Source: Desulfurococcaceae archaeon (GTDB lineage Archaea > Thermoproteota > Thermoprotei_A > Sulfolobales > NBVN01). Taken from it: DNA of 60,007 nucleotides. The notes beneath the pieces were generated by a model. That model saw only the letters and a program-made list of their open reading frames with translations. It searched no databases and was not told where the DNA came from. Positions 1 through 9,311 of the stretch are shown piece by piece (the first letter of the stretch is position 1; every line of letters begins with the position of its first letter). The stretch lies in NCBI GenBank assembly GCA_020833255.1, contig JAJHQR010000002.1, positions 1 to 60,007 on the forward strand. The letters are read 5' to 3'. A program made the position numbers and the translations under genes.

Positions 1-1208
1 AAATCATCGAGAGGAAACACCACGTCATTATTCCTGGCTTGGTAGATTGCCACACGCATACTCAGCAATACTTGCTTAGATCAGCTATAAACGATTTGAT
101 GCTTCAGCTACCTCCTGTCTGGACTAAGGTATTAGTTCCTTTCGAGAAGGTAATGGGTGATGAGCTTGCAAGACTTTCTTCACAAGCCAGCATAGCAAAT
201 ATGCTGAAGAACGGGATTACATACTTCATAGAAGCTGGCGCTCCATACCCGGAAATCCTTGCTCAAGAAGTTGTGAAGTCCGGGATTAAGGGTGTGGTCA
301 CCTACGCGACTTACAACTTATCCGATGGCGATTTTATTGAGTCTGAGAAAGTGTTGAAGAGAGTTAGGGATCTCTATAAGACATACAGTAGTGTGAGTGA
401 TAAATTACGTGTGTGGATGAGCATAAGACAGATCATGATGACTACGGAGGACTTGGTAGATGCTGTTATAGAATTAAGTAGAGAGTACGGCACTGGCCTC
501 ACCATCCATTTAGGTGAGTATCAGGGTGAGGTAGATTACGCGCTCGCTAAATATGGTCAGAGACCTCTAGAGTATGTGCTGGAGAGAGGTCTTAAGCACG
601 TTAAGCCCGTAGTCGTAGCGCACGGTGTATTCTTCTCGCCAAGTGAGGTAGAATTACTTAAGAAATATGAGGTTGGAGTCTGTTGGTGTCCTACGGTAGA
701 TTCATGGCTTATGGGATTACATTGGGCGGGACTCACGAATCTTCAAGATATAAGATTAGGAGTGGGCAGTGACGGCGGGGCTTGGGGTAAGTTAGACCTA
801 CTTCACGAAGCTAAGATAGCTAAAGCCCTTGGTAAAGCAGTAGCTAACGCCATGACCTACTTCAAAGCAGGCTTAGATTCCACTACCTTATTAAATGCGT
901 TGACTGGTTCAAGAGGATCAATAATCAGAGAAAACGTAGGAAGGATAGAGAAGGGCTACTCAGCTGATCTTACAATACTTAACACTAAATCTACTAAGAC
1001 ACTACCACTCAACAACCCATTAGACCTAGTTGTAAACTACCTCGAGGGAGATGACGTCACAGACGTGCTCATCAACGGAAAGCTAGTAGTAGAAAACAGT
1101 AGGGTAATCACAATAAACGAAGAGAAAGTAATAGAAGAACTCTTAAATAGAGAAGAAGAAATAATGGAAAAACTTAAGGAATTAATGAAGCAACTTAAGA
1201 TGTTATAG
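1..1208 (+). CDS. Amidohydrolase-superfamily deaminase/chlorohydrolase-like protein, 5' end outside the window
   Basis: The frame is open from base 3 (IIERKHHVIIPGLVDCHTH...), so the gene starts upstream. It has the PGxVDxHxH metal-binding motif plus later HLGE, AHGV and GSDG blocks typical of amidohydrolases. The TTG at 39 in the ORF track is a window-edge artefact. Confidence 0.8.
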   Translation, partial: IIERKHHVIIPGLVDCHTHTQQYLLRSAINDLMLQLPPVWTKVLVPFEKVMGDELARLSSQASIANMLKNGITYFIEAGAPYPEILAQEVVKSGIKGVVTYATYNLSDGDFIESEKVLKRVRDLYKTYSSVSDKLRVWMSIRQIMMTTEDLVDAVIELSREYGTGLTIHLGEYQGEVDYALAKYGQRPLEYVLERGLKHVKPVVVAHGVFFSPSEVELLKKYEVGVCWCPTVDSWLMGLHWAGLTNLQDIRLGVGSDGGAWGKLDLLHEAKIAKALGKAVANAMTYFKAGLDSTTLLNALTGSRGSIIRENVGRIEKGYSADLTILNTKSTKTLPLNNPLDLVVNYLEGDDVTDVLINGKLVVENSRVITINEEKVIEELLNREEEIMEKLKELMKQLKML

Positions 1209-1483
1209 ATGTTATAATGATAATGTCACACACTGACCTCCTCCCCACCCTGAAGAGCTAGGTTTTCAGTTGTAAAGAGAAGCTAGCCCTTAGAGGTGAT
1301 CCTGCTTTAAACAACTCATCTTCCTTTCCGCGTCTATAAAAAGATATTGCTTTAACTCCTGTTTAAGTGTTTTTTAGTGATCTGTAGGGAAAGAGTAATT
1401 CTTGATTTAAAGAAATTTTTACATTGTCTTCATAAAGATGTTTTTCATTTATTATGAAGTAATTCATAAAAGCTAGCAGAATG

Positions 1484-1517
1484 AAACTTATAATTTTTGA
1501 AAACTTATAATTTTTGA
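1484..1517 (+). promoter_or_regulatory. Tandemly duplicated TATA-containing 17-mer upstream of the permease gene
   Basis: Perfect direct repeat of AAACTTATAATTTTTGA at 1484-1500 and 1501-1517. Each copy carries a CTTATAAT box, and the second sits about 25 nt before the GTG at 1533. Confidence 0.5.
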
Positions 1518-1532
1518 CTAGGAGATTAAGAG

Positions 1533-2786
1533 GTGAGGTACCTGAGTTCAGGCCCTGTTGACAAGGAGTATGTTCTTTCATCAGTGCCTCTCGTGGCTAG
1601 ATTATCGCTTGCTGCAACAGTCATGCTATGGGCTAGCCTTACTTTAGATCCCTCAGCTCCGTACCTAGCTTCTTGGTGGGGTGCGTCATTTCCTTTCGCT
1701 ACCTTTGTAGTAGGCGTCTTATTAGCGAATTTAATCTTAAGTATCTTCTCATCACTTTCTGGCTACATAGCTTCGAGAGAAGGTCTCACGTACGCGTTAA
1801 CTGCTGAAAGAGTCTTTGGTCTGGGCGGAGTTGTGGTTCCTTCTATCTGGGCAGGTATCGTATGCGTTGGATGGCTAGCGTTCTCTATCGGAGTTGTCGC
1901 TGAAGGAATCACCTACATGACCGCATTACCCGACCCAACTTACTATATCCTCGTTATCCTAATGACTTCACTCTTCTCTGTCACGGCGTATCTAGGTGTG
2001 AAACATATGGTTAAGCTTGCTTACATAGGTGTCCCACTACTCGTAATGTTAATTGTCGCTGGAGTATCACTAAGTGTCTCTAGGTGGGGACCTCCTGCCA
2101 TGGGAGGTCTTGACATGTACACACTACCCTTGGTTTTCGGACTGGTTCTAGGCACGTTCGTTAACGGTTCCATAGTCCTCTCCTTTGATTATCAAAGATT
2201 TTGTAAGAAACCTCTAGACGCAGTTTTCACGGCCTTCGTTAACTTTCTTGGATTTTGGAGTTTTATTATAATACTTTCGGGAATACCTGCGGCAACTACA
2301 GGCACGAATCTCTATAGTATGTATGAGATATTAGGACTCTCTCCGCTCGCTTTAATAACGCTTTTCCTCCTTGCATGGACGTCAGCCGATAATCAGCTTT
2401 ACTCAGCCTCCCTTTCCTGGACGCTGAGTTTGAAATCAGTCGGTAAAACTGCTGGCAGAGAGAAGGTAGTCGTAACCGCGGCTATACTCACCGTAATATT
2501 AGCGATCATTAAGCTTCACACCTTCGCTGTACAATGGCTATCCTTACTAACCTCAATCTCGTTACCTGCAGGGATTGTGTTATGGACCGAGTATTATATC
2601 AGGTCGCGAAAGAAGTTAGGCGAGAACATAAAGAACTGGAACATACAAGCCTTCATTTCATGGGTTCTGGGTAGCTCAGTAATCTATTATCTTTATGTGA
2701 TAGAGGGATTGTGGTACGGCTTACTCGTAGGCTTCTTAGTTACATCGCTAACCTACGTCATTCTCCCTAGAGGTAGACCTAGCTAG
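1533..2786 (+). CDS. codB: NCS1-family cytosine/purine permease (CodB-like)
   Basis: 417-aa polytopic membrane protein. The blocks GYIASREGLTYALTAERVFG, GSIVLSFDYQRF and AWTSADNQLYSASLS match conserved CodB blocks as recalled. It is adjacent to an amidohydrolase-type deaminase. Confidence 0.75.
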   Translation: MRYLSSGPVDKEYVLSSVPLVARLSLAATVMLWASLTLDPSAPYLASWWGASFPFATFVVGVLLANLILSIFSSLSGYIASREGLTYALTAERVFGLGGVVVPSIWAGIVCVGWLAFSIGVVAEGITYMTALPDPTYYILVILMTSLFSVTAYLGVKHMVKLAYIGVPLLVMLIVAGVSLSVSRWGPPAMGGLDMYTLPLVFGLVLGTFVNGSIVLSFDYQRFCKKPLDAVFTAFVNFLGFWSFIIILSGIPAATTGTNLYSMYEILGLSPLALITLFLLAWTSADNQLYSASLSWTLSLKSVGKTAGREKVVVTAAILTVILAIIKLHTFAVQWLSLLTSISLPAGIVLWTEYYIRSRKKLGENIKNWNIQAFISWVLGSSVIYYLYVIEGLWYGLLVGFLVTSLTYVILPRGRPS

Positions 2787-2859
2787 AATAAGCTAAGAAA
2801 ACTATCCTATTTTAATGTTAAATGTTAAATAATCATCGAAATTCTTGATGTAACTTTCT

Positions 2860-3666
2860 TTATTCTATCTCATGACAATACCTTCTAGAAATTATCTGTG
2901 CAACCTCTTCCTCTAAGAAGTGCATTTTAGGTGATGTTATTATTAGTGTGTGAGGTCCTTCATGATCAGCTAGTTTCGCGAGGTCTTTTAGCGCCCCGAA
3001 ACATATTCTCTGCTTATCCCAGCCTAGACCTGATACTGCGATAGCTTTCCTTGATTCCTTCACTATTCCCTCACCTCTCCTACCCTCTAGTAACAGGAGT
3101 ATTTCTACGGCTTCCCTGACCTGCATCTTAATCCCTTTCTCGAGATCTATCTCCGTTAAGAGGGGTGTGTGAAGATTCCTTAAGTCGTTATCTTTTATGA
3201 CGTCGTAGGGGTATTCGGATAAGATGCCTGACTTAGGATATGTCAGGGTCACGATCTTACCCATCTTGTATATCATGAGGCCTGACATCGTGAGCGCGTT
3301 AGGTATTATTCCCGGTGCAGGCACTACCTCAAATTCCACCCCCCTCTTGCTAGCCTCACTTAATAGGGCTACGTGCGTCGTCGCGTCCAGAGGGTTTCCG
3401 GGAACTACTAACACTACCTTACGCCCCTCTAAAGCAGGCCTTATCAAAACCTCAAAGTATCTTTCCTCAATATCCTCACGCTTCAATAACAAGACCTCCT
3501 TCCCGGTCTGGGACCTTATGAAACTCCTTAAATCACCTAAGGTAACGCTAGTGTAGGAATCCACGTAAACAACGTCAGCCTCGGAAATCCTCTTAATCCC
3601 TCTCAAGGTAATCAAATCCGTTGAGAGCCCGGCGCCTACGAGAATCAATCCCCCTCCCACGTTCAC
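2860..3666 (-). CDS. dphB: Diphthine synthase (diphthamide biosynthesis methyltransferase)
   Basis: 268 aa. The N-terminus LILVGAGLS..DLITLRGIKRISEADVVYVDSYTS and overall tetrapyrrole-methylase-like layout are typical of Dph5/DphB. Confidence 0.9.
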   Translation of the reverse strand: MNVGGGLILVGAGLSTDLITLRGIKRISEADVVYVDSYTSVTLGDLRSFIRSQTGKEVLLLKREDIEERYFEVLIRPALEGRKVVLVVPGNPLDATTHVALLSEASKRGVEFEVVPAPGIIPNALTMSGLMIYKMGKIVTLTYPKSGILSEYPYDVIKDNDLRNLHTPLLTEIDLEKGIKMQVREAVEILLLLEGRRGEGIVKESRKAIAVSGLGWDKQRICFGALKDLAKLADHEGPHTLIITSPKMHFLEEEVAQIISRRYCHEIE

Positions 3667-3688
3667 ACCTCGTTAATAAAGCGAGGCA

Positions 3689-4225
3689 CTAAGTCCCTGA
3701 GGCCTGGGAAAGCCCACCATCTATTATCGTGTAACCGGAAAACCTTAGCTCACTAACTTCAGTTCCTACTATCTTAGCTACCTCAGACACGTAATCCATC
3801 AGCTTTCTAGTCTCACTCACTAACCTAATTTTGTAGAAGACGGAGATACCGTCACCCCTCACGACTACCTCACCCCCGGACTTAATGAGTTCAGGGTAAT
3901 ACTTAGTGAAAAAACTCAGCGCTTCAACGTCTTTCGAGATCGCGATCTCTACACGAACCCACTCAATCAACCCCACCCCACATAAGTACGAGAAGATAAC
4001 GTTGACGTTAGGTAGTATCCGGGAGTTTGTCACGAAGAACATCATGGCTTCCTTAGAACCGCTGGATTCTAAGTCACTCAATATCCACTCGAAATCCTCT
4101 ACAGGAACTAAACCCCCTACAAAGTCTATCAACTTCTCTAGAGGGAACATGCGGTCACCGCACCACGGACAGGCCCCTATGCCGTGAAGTTTAAAGACGT
4201 GGCACCCGCACACATCCTGAATCAA
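3689..4225 (-). CDS. Hypothetical protein with an N-terminal Cys/His cluster (CGCH..CPWCG)
   Basis: 178-aa ORF overlapping the stop of the upstream rpoP-like gene by 4 nt (translational coupling). No family recognised. Confidence 0.5.
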   Translation of the reverse strand: MIQDVCGCHVFKLHGIGACPWCGDRMFPLEKLIDFVGGLVPVEDFEWILSDLESSGSKEAMMFFVTNSRILPNVNVIFSYLCGVGLIEWVRVEIAISKDVEALSFFTKYYPELIKSGGEVVVRGDGISVFYKIRLVSETRKLMDYVSEVAKIVGTEVSELRFSGYTIIDGGLSQASGT

Positions 4226-4413
4226 ACGCTGCTGACTCTCTTAAGACTTGGTCTGCGCGCCTTAACTATTATCCTAAAACCGCAGTAGGGACATCTGAGA
4301 AACGTGTAGCCCTCCCTCTCCTCAGCCTTAATAAAACTCTCTAAACCCTCCTCGAACGTGAACTCCCTACCACACTTCCAACACTTATAGACAACATTCC
4401 TTAACTCACTCAA
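4222..4413 (-). CDS. rpoP: DNA-directed RNA polymerase subunit P (Rpo12)
   Basis: 63 aa with two CxxC knuckles (CWKCG ... CPYCGFRIIVKARRPSLKRV). The C-terminal CPYCGxRIxxKxR motif is characteristic of archaeal RpoP/eukaryotic Rpb12. Confidence 0.7.
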   Translation of the reverse strand: MSELRNVVYKCWKCGREFTFEEGLESFIKAEEREGYTFLRCPYCGFRIIVKARRPSLKRVSSV

Positions 4414-4491
4414 TACCTGCCCCTCCTTACCTCAACAATCGTAGTTCTTGAGACCTATTTAAGTTTTTCTAGACTCTCGTTTTCTACTCCC

Positions 4492-5478
4492 CTACGCAAA
4501 ATACTCGTCGCTTTCCTCAACTGTCAGGAGCGGCTTCTCTAACTCGGTCAAATACTTTGAGGTGAGTTCCTCCGCTTCCTTAACACTCACCTCAACGAAC
4601 CTGACGCTGCAATTAGGTCTAGCCTGCGCCAGGATATCTAGATCGGGAGGTATCACGTGCAGAGCTACTGCGTAACCGCCCGTCGTCTGAGCGTCGGACA
4701 TGAGCACTATGGGCTTCCCGTCGGGCGGTATCTGAACGTATCCCCTATCCGTCGGTATTGAGGGTAGTCTGCCGAGCTTCGACGCTGACTGAAGTGCGGG
4801 ACCGTCCAGCCTATACCCCATCCTATCACTCTCTAAGGTAATGACGTATTCCGATCTGAGGAGAACCTCTAAATCACTTAATTGATCGGCATGCACGCCT
4901 CTAGTAGCTCTCACAACCACCGCCTCCCCAACCTTAGGAGATCTTACGTCGATGTTTAGAGCAGGTCTTAAGCCGTATATCCTAGACCACAACCCATCCA
5001 CGTCCACCTTACCGACTGAGAGTACGTCACCCGTCTTAAGAGGTCTCCCTAAACACCCGAAGCCCCCTCTCACGTACGTTGACCTACTGCCTAAAACAAC
5101 ATCGCATTCCACGCCCCCCGCCACAGCCACGTAATGCACGTTACCCCTGTCCGAGGGACGCACCGCTAACTCAGCGCCTGACCTCAAGTAGATGGGTTTC
5201 CAGGAAGGAACCTCATACTGCCCTACATACACCTTAGGAAGCCCCCCGGTCACCGCGACAACGAGGTCCTCGTTAGCTCTCAGCTTGAGAGAGCCGACGA
5301 ACTCTATCAAAGCCGCGTTAACTTCGTTCCCTACGAGAGCGTTAGCGTAGGAAGCGGACGTTAGGTCGAGAGCTCCGGAAACAGGGACTCCGAGAGCTCT
5401 GTAGCCTTGCCTACCGAGATCCTGGACCGTGGCAACCCCAACCAAGTAGGTGATCTGGAGGCTAGGCGTTGTAATCAC
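4492..5478 (-). CDS. pxpC: 5-oxoprolinase subunit C (allophanate hydrolase subunit 2 / KipA family)
   Basis: 328 aa with the family-typical N-terminus TVQDLGRQGYRALGVPVSGALD. It is last in a pxpA-pxpB-pxpC order. Confidence 0.85.
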   Translation of the reverse strand: MITTPSLQITYLVGVATVQDLGRQGYRALGVPVSGALDLTSASYANALVGNEVNAALIEFVGSLKLRANEDLVVAVTGGLPKVYVGQYEVPSWKPIYLRSGAELAVRPSDRGNVHYVAVAGGVECDVVLGSRSTYVRGGFGCLGRPLKTGDVLSVGKVDVDGLWSRIYGLRPALNIDVRSPKVGEAVVVRATRGVHADQLSDLEVLLRSEYVITLESDRMGYRLDGPALQSASKLGRLPSIPTDRGYVQIPPDGKPIVLMSDAQTTGGYAVALHVIPPDLDILAQARPNCSVRFVEVSVKEAEELTSKYLTELEKPLLTVEESDEYFA

Positions 5479-6181
5479 CTACGTACACTCCCTTAAGTCT
5501 GTTAAATTCCTCCATAGACACAGACCTGAAGACCACTATATCTCCGGGGGCTATAGGTATTGGCGGGTTCCTCCTGTAATCGAACATTTGGAGGGGTGTC
5601 CTACCTATCAACCTCCACCCGCCGGGACTCTCAAGACCGTACACGCCGGTCATCTTACCCGCTATCCCGACGGAACCGGCGGGGATCTTAACTCTGGGGG
5701 TTTCAAGCCTGGGTGCCGCTATCCTGGGATCAACCTCACCTAAGTAGAGGAAGCCCGGAGTGAAGCCTAGCGTGTAGCACGTGTATTTCCTTGATGTATG
5801 GAGTTCCACAACCTCCTCTTCCCTTAAGCCAGCCCAAGAAGCGACTGACGGGAGGTCAGGACCTAGCTCACCACCGTAGGTTACCGGGATCGTGAAAGAC
5901 CTTGGCTTATGGATCTCGCTCAGATCTATCCGCTGACTCCACGCCCACAACTCCCTGACCTTCTTAACCAGCTCGTCACTAGACACTATCCTCGGGTCGT
6001 AGAAGAGCGCGATCGACGTAACCCCGGTCACCAACTCCTTAACGATTCCTGAAAGCTCCTTTCTGAGCGCGTAGTACAGCTTATGTATAGACCTAACGCA
6101 TTCCGGGGTAATGTCTCTGCACACATCCACGTGTATTAAGTAACCCCCACTACTGAGTATCCTGACCTCATGAGAACTCAC
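5462..6181 (-). CDS. pxpB: 5-oxoprolinase subunit B (allophanate hydrolase subunit 1 / KipI family)
   Basis: 239 aa with the blocks FTPGFLYLG and IPAGSVGIAG..TGVY typical of KipI/PxpB. It overlaps pxpC by 17 nt. Confidence 0.85.
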   Translation of the reverse strand: MSSHEVRILSSGGYLIHVDVCRDITPECVRSIHKLYYALRKELSGIVKELVTGVTSIALFYDPRIVSSDELVKKVRELWAWSQRIDLSEIHKPRSFTIPVTYGGELGPDLPSVASWAGLREEEVVELHTSRKYTCYTLGFTPGFLYLGEVDPRIAAPRLETPRVKIPAGSVGIAGKMTGVYGLESPGGWRLIGRTPLQMFDYRRNPPIPIAPGDIVVFRSVSMEEFNRLKGVYVGDYNA

Positions 6182-6186
6182 GAAGC

Positions 6187-6957
6187 CTAAACAACCTCCG
6201 AAATCGGCTTAATCTCGACACCGAACTCCTTAAGCATTGAGTTAACGGATCTAGCGAACTCCACAGCCTTAGGACTATCACCGTGTATACAGAGGGTGTG
6301 AGCCCTGACCTCAACAAGACTCCCGTCCACCGCCCGAACAACACCCTTATCAATTATGCTCAGAGCCCTCTCCACAGCCTCGCTAACGCTCGATATGAGG
6401 GCGCCCGGAGCCCCTCTCGGCGCCAACCTACCGTCAGGTAAGTAACCCCTGTCTATGAAGGCCTCATAAGCTGTCTTCAAGCCTTGCTCCTCCGCAACCC
6501 TCACCACCTGAGACCCGTAAGGCGCTACGATTATGAGTCCTCTGTCATAGGATGCCACGGCCTCAACGATTGCTCTAGCATAGTCTTCCCTAACCCACGC
6601 CATATTATATAACGCCCCGTGAGGCTTGACGTGCTGCATCCTAACCCCCTCAACCCTCAGGAAAGCTTCCAGAGCTCCTAGCTGGTAGATCACGTAAGCC
6701 TTCAGCTCCACTAAATCAACGATCATCTCCCTCCTACCAAAACCCATTAAGTCCGGGAACCCTGGGTGAGCACCGACAGCAACCCCTAGAGACTTAGCTG
6801 TCCTAACAGAACCCCAGATACTCGCCGGATCACCTGCGTGGAAACCGCAAGCAATGTTAGCGGAAGAAACATACTTGAAGAGCTCGCTCTCATCAACAAG
6901 CCTCCACCTACCGAAAGACTCGCCAGCATCCGTGTTTAAATCAATCTTCCTAACCAA
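6187..6957 (-). CDS. pxpA: 5-oxoprolinase subunit A (LamB/YcsF family)
   Basis: 256 aa with IDLNTDAGESFG and NIACGFHAGDP, the hallmark LamB/YcsF N-terminal motifs. Confidence 0.9.
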   Translation of the reverse strand: MVRKIDLNTDAGESFGRWRLVDESELFKYVSSANIACGFHAGDPASIWGSVRTAKSLGVAVGAHPGFPDLMGFGRREMIVDLVELKAYVIYQLGALEAFLRVEGVRMQHVKPHGALYNMAWVREDYARAIVEAVASYDRGLIIVAPYGSQVVRVAEEQGLKTAYEAFIDRGYLPDGRLAPRGAPGALISSVSEAVERALSIIDKGVVRAVDGSLVEVRAHTLCIHGDSPKAVEFARSVNSMLKEFGVEIKPISEVV

Positions 6958-7009
6958 AGGGAAACACCCACATAATTAGACTTAAAAAGAAAAATAAAAA
7001 TCGTCTTCG

Positions 7010-8557
7010 TTACGCGTACAGTAACTTCCCGTACTCCTCGAAAACCTTCTTCTCATCATCAGAGGTCTTGGTGATCGCGCTGAGCAGTAACGCTAGAACA
7101 GTATTAACTGCCAGTCCCATAAGCCCTGCTATGGCGGCGTGGTAAGTGACTGGCATGCGGAAGTATTTCCCGGTCTGTGAAGTGAAGAGAGCAACTATTA
7201 TGGAGCCCGCGGCGAAGCCTGTTATGGCGCCATACTTATTAATCAACTTCTTCTTAGGTATTATCATCTGCAGAGTGAGGGGGAGTAGCTGCAAGCCTCC
7301 GGCAACAGCTATGGAGGTAACGTCGAATATCAAGCCAGGCTTCAGTATCGCGAAGTACCATCCTATAAGGACCCACACAAACATGAGAATCCTGCTCACC
7401 ATAACGTACTCCCCCTCAGACTTACCCGGCCTCACGTATCTCTGATAAATATCCCTAATCAGGATTAAGGAGGTTGAACCGAGGAAGGAGTCCAGAGTCG
7501 ACATCGCGGCCGCGGCAGCTCCCGCGAGCAGGAACCCAGCTAAGACGGGGTTCAGGAAAGTGTAAATCATGACAGCCATTACCGCGTCAGCACTCCCGTA
7601 CTTAGTGGTTAACGCGGATATGAAGCCCTTCTCAAGGACTCCGGGCATGCCAACGGCGTTTACCACCGCTGCAGCAAGCCCTACCAAAGCTGTCGGTATG
7701 TAGTATGAGGAGAGGTACACAGCCGTACCCACCGCCGACGCCTTCAACGCCTTCTCATCCTTAGCGACGTAGTACTTTATCCAGAGGTGTGGTAGGAGCA
7801 TAAGTCCCGGAGCGTATATCATTATAGCTCCTAACATCATGAGGGGGTCCCAGTTCATCGTTAGCAGAGAAGGCTTCACGGCCCTGAGCTGATCCATTAA
7901 TTCAGGCACCCCTCCCGGCGCAAGTCTCTGCAGTATCATGACGCCCGCGACAAAAACTCCCACGTACATCCACACACCCTGAAGCACGTCGGTCCAGTAC
8001 GCCGCCCTAAGCCCTCCTAAGACTAGGTAGAGCATCGTGACCAGCATGAGTATTAGCGAACCCCACATGTACGGTATGTTGCCGCCGCTACCTATGTCTA
8101 TGATTAGGCCAAGACCGACGGCTTGAACCACTATGTACGCGATAACGAAGAGAGCCATCACAGCCGCTACAAGGACCCTCAGAACCTCACTCCTGTAGAA
8201 ATCTGCTAGAGCGTCAGCAGGCGATATGTGGCCCCTAGCCTTACCCAACCTCATCAACCTAGTTCCAGCAAGATACATGAAGACCGCGGCGCCCGTAGTC
8301 CAAGCTGAGGAAGCAACCCAGAACGTCACTCCAGTGGTCGCGTAGGTAGCCACGCTGGTCAGGAAAGCGAACGCGCTGTGGTAGGTAGCTGCGGTGGCTA
8401 AGAACGTGACCAGAATACCTGCACGCCTACTCAACACGTAGAAGTCCTCAAGAGATTTCTTGAGGACCCTGCCGGATAAGAACCCTACAACAATCATGAG
8501 GATGCAGTACACGAAGATTATTGTTAATGTGATCTGCCAAGCCTCCACCCTAACCAC
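7010..8557 (-). CDS. Sodium:solute symporter (SSS) family transporter
   Basis: 515-aa protein with about 13 hydrophobic segments and an SSS-like block (GGLRAAYWTDVLQG). It heads the oxoprolinase operon. Confidence 0.8.
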   Translation of the reverse strand: MVRVEAWQITLTIIFVYCILMIVVGFLSGRVLKKSLEDFYVLSRRAGILVTFLATAATYHSAFAFLTSVATYATTGVTFWVASSAWTTGAAVFMYLAGTRLMRLGKARGHISPADALADFYRSEVLRVLVAAVMALFVIAYIVVQAVGLGLIIDIGSGGNIPYMWGSLILMLVTMLYLVLGGLRAAYWTDVLQGVWMYVGVFVAGVMILQRLAPGGVPELMDQLRAVKPSLLTMNWDPLMMLGAIMIYAPGLMLLPHLWIKYYVAKDEKALKASAVGTAVYLSSYYIPTALVGLAAAVVNAVGMPGVLEKGFISALTTKYGSADAVMAVMIYTFLNPVLAGFLLAGAAAAAMSTLDSFLGSTSLILIRDIYQRYVRPGKSEGEYVMVSRILMFVWVLIGWYFAILKPGLIFDVTSIAVAGGLQLLPLTLQMIIPKKKLINKYGAITGFAAGSIIVALFTSQTGKYFRMPVTYHAAIAGLMGLAVNTVLALLLSAITKTSDDEKKVFEEYGKLLYA

Positions 8558-8801
8558 CCCTCCTCACGTCGTATATCGCGTAACCGATGAAGATCAGCAA
8601 AGCAGCGATCCACCACAGTAGTGAGTACGTATAGGTGGTGCTGAGCCCTGCCAGGGGGGTCGGGTTAGCACTGTTAACTAGGAAGACTCCGAAGGCTAGC
8701 GCCCATATAATTAACACCAGCACGACAAAGAGAGACTCCTTAGACCTAGCCTTACTTGTTGAAGACATGATAAGATACCACCATAATATACGTATGGGCA
8801 T
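8550..8801 (-). CDS. Small two-TM membrane protein, probable accessory subunit of the downstream symporter
   Basis: 83 aa with two hydrophobic helices. It overlaps the symporter start by 8 nt, and a TATA-like TTAAATTTATAAG lies directly upstream. Confidence 0.55.
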   Translation of the reverse strand: MPIRILWWYLIMSSTSKARSKESLFVVLVLIIWALAFGVFLVNSANPTPLAGLSTTYTYSLLWWIAALLIFIGYAIYDVRRGG

Positions 8802-8972
8802 AACTTATAAATTTAAGTTTCCTTTCCCTGTTTCTACCCCAGCCGAAAGCATGTCCTAGAAGGGCGAGGAAGTCAGCTTAGGTTGGTGGGTTTGTCTCTC
8901 GGGGTGCTCTACCCCGGTCCTAACCTACCTAGAATCGTAATCGAGTTACCCTAACGTGCTTAAAAAGGCCTT

Positions 8973-9311
8973 CTAGTAGGTTACGCGGGTTTGAATCCCT
9001 AACAGCTCCCTAAGCTTGTTTAGTTTTTCTTTGCCTTCAAGTAAGGATTCGTTAGCGACCTCAACTATCTCTCTGGATTCGTCTTCTCTTAATATGGTGT
9101 GTGAACCTACCTTCAGCAGGTGTGTGAGGCGGATGCCTGTCTTAAGTTCTACTATGATTCCCTTCTCTTTATTTATTGATAAGATCCCTGAGTGCTTCAT
9201 GCCTGACTCCCTAGCCAACGTAAGTATTCTTCGAGCCGACTTCATGTTTAGTGCTGAGACATGTATTATGGGACCTGTCACCACGAGCCATAACTTCCTG
9301 AGCGTAGGCAT
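8973..9311 (-). CDS. taw3: tRNA wybutosine-synthesizing protein 3 (Taw3/TYW3 methyltransferase). This is the C-terminal part as delimited by the first ATG; the true gene very likely extends to about 9581-9593.
   Basis: The GPIIHVSA..ARRILTLARESGMKHSGI block is typical of TYW3. The family SSCSGRI motif and N-terminal helices are encoded in the same frame upstream (9312-9593), with no in-frame ATG/GTG/TTG. Confidence 0.8.
   Translation of the reverse strand: MPTLRKLWLVVTGPIIHVSALNMKSARRILTLARESGMKHSGILSINKEKGIIVELKTGIRLTHLLKVGSHTILREDESREIVEVANESLLEGKEKLNKLRELLGIQTRVTY

Noticed and set aside
1217-1253. C/D-box-like string ATGATAA-9 nt-CTGA-13 nt-CTGA
   Set aside because: The C box is imperfect, the spacing is wrong (9 nt), and there is no C' box.
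3224-3556. 110-aa plus-strand ORF inside the diphthine synthase gene
   Set aside because: It lies entirely antisense to a well-supported CDS and matches no recognisable family. It is a typical shadow ORF.
8880-8926. Nested stem-loop (AGGTTGG..CGGGG-loop-CCCCG..CCTAACCT) downstream of taw3
   Set aside because: It probably just helps separate taw3 from the symporter promoter. There is no evidence for an RNA gene.
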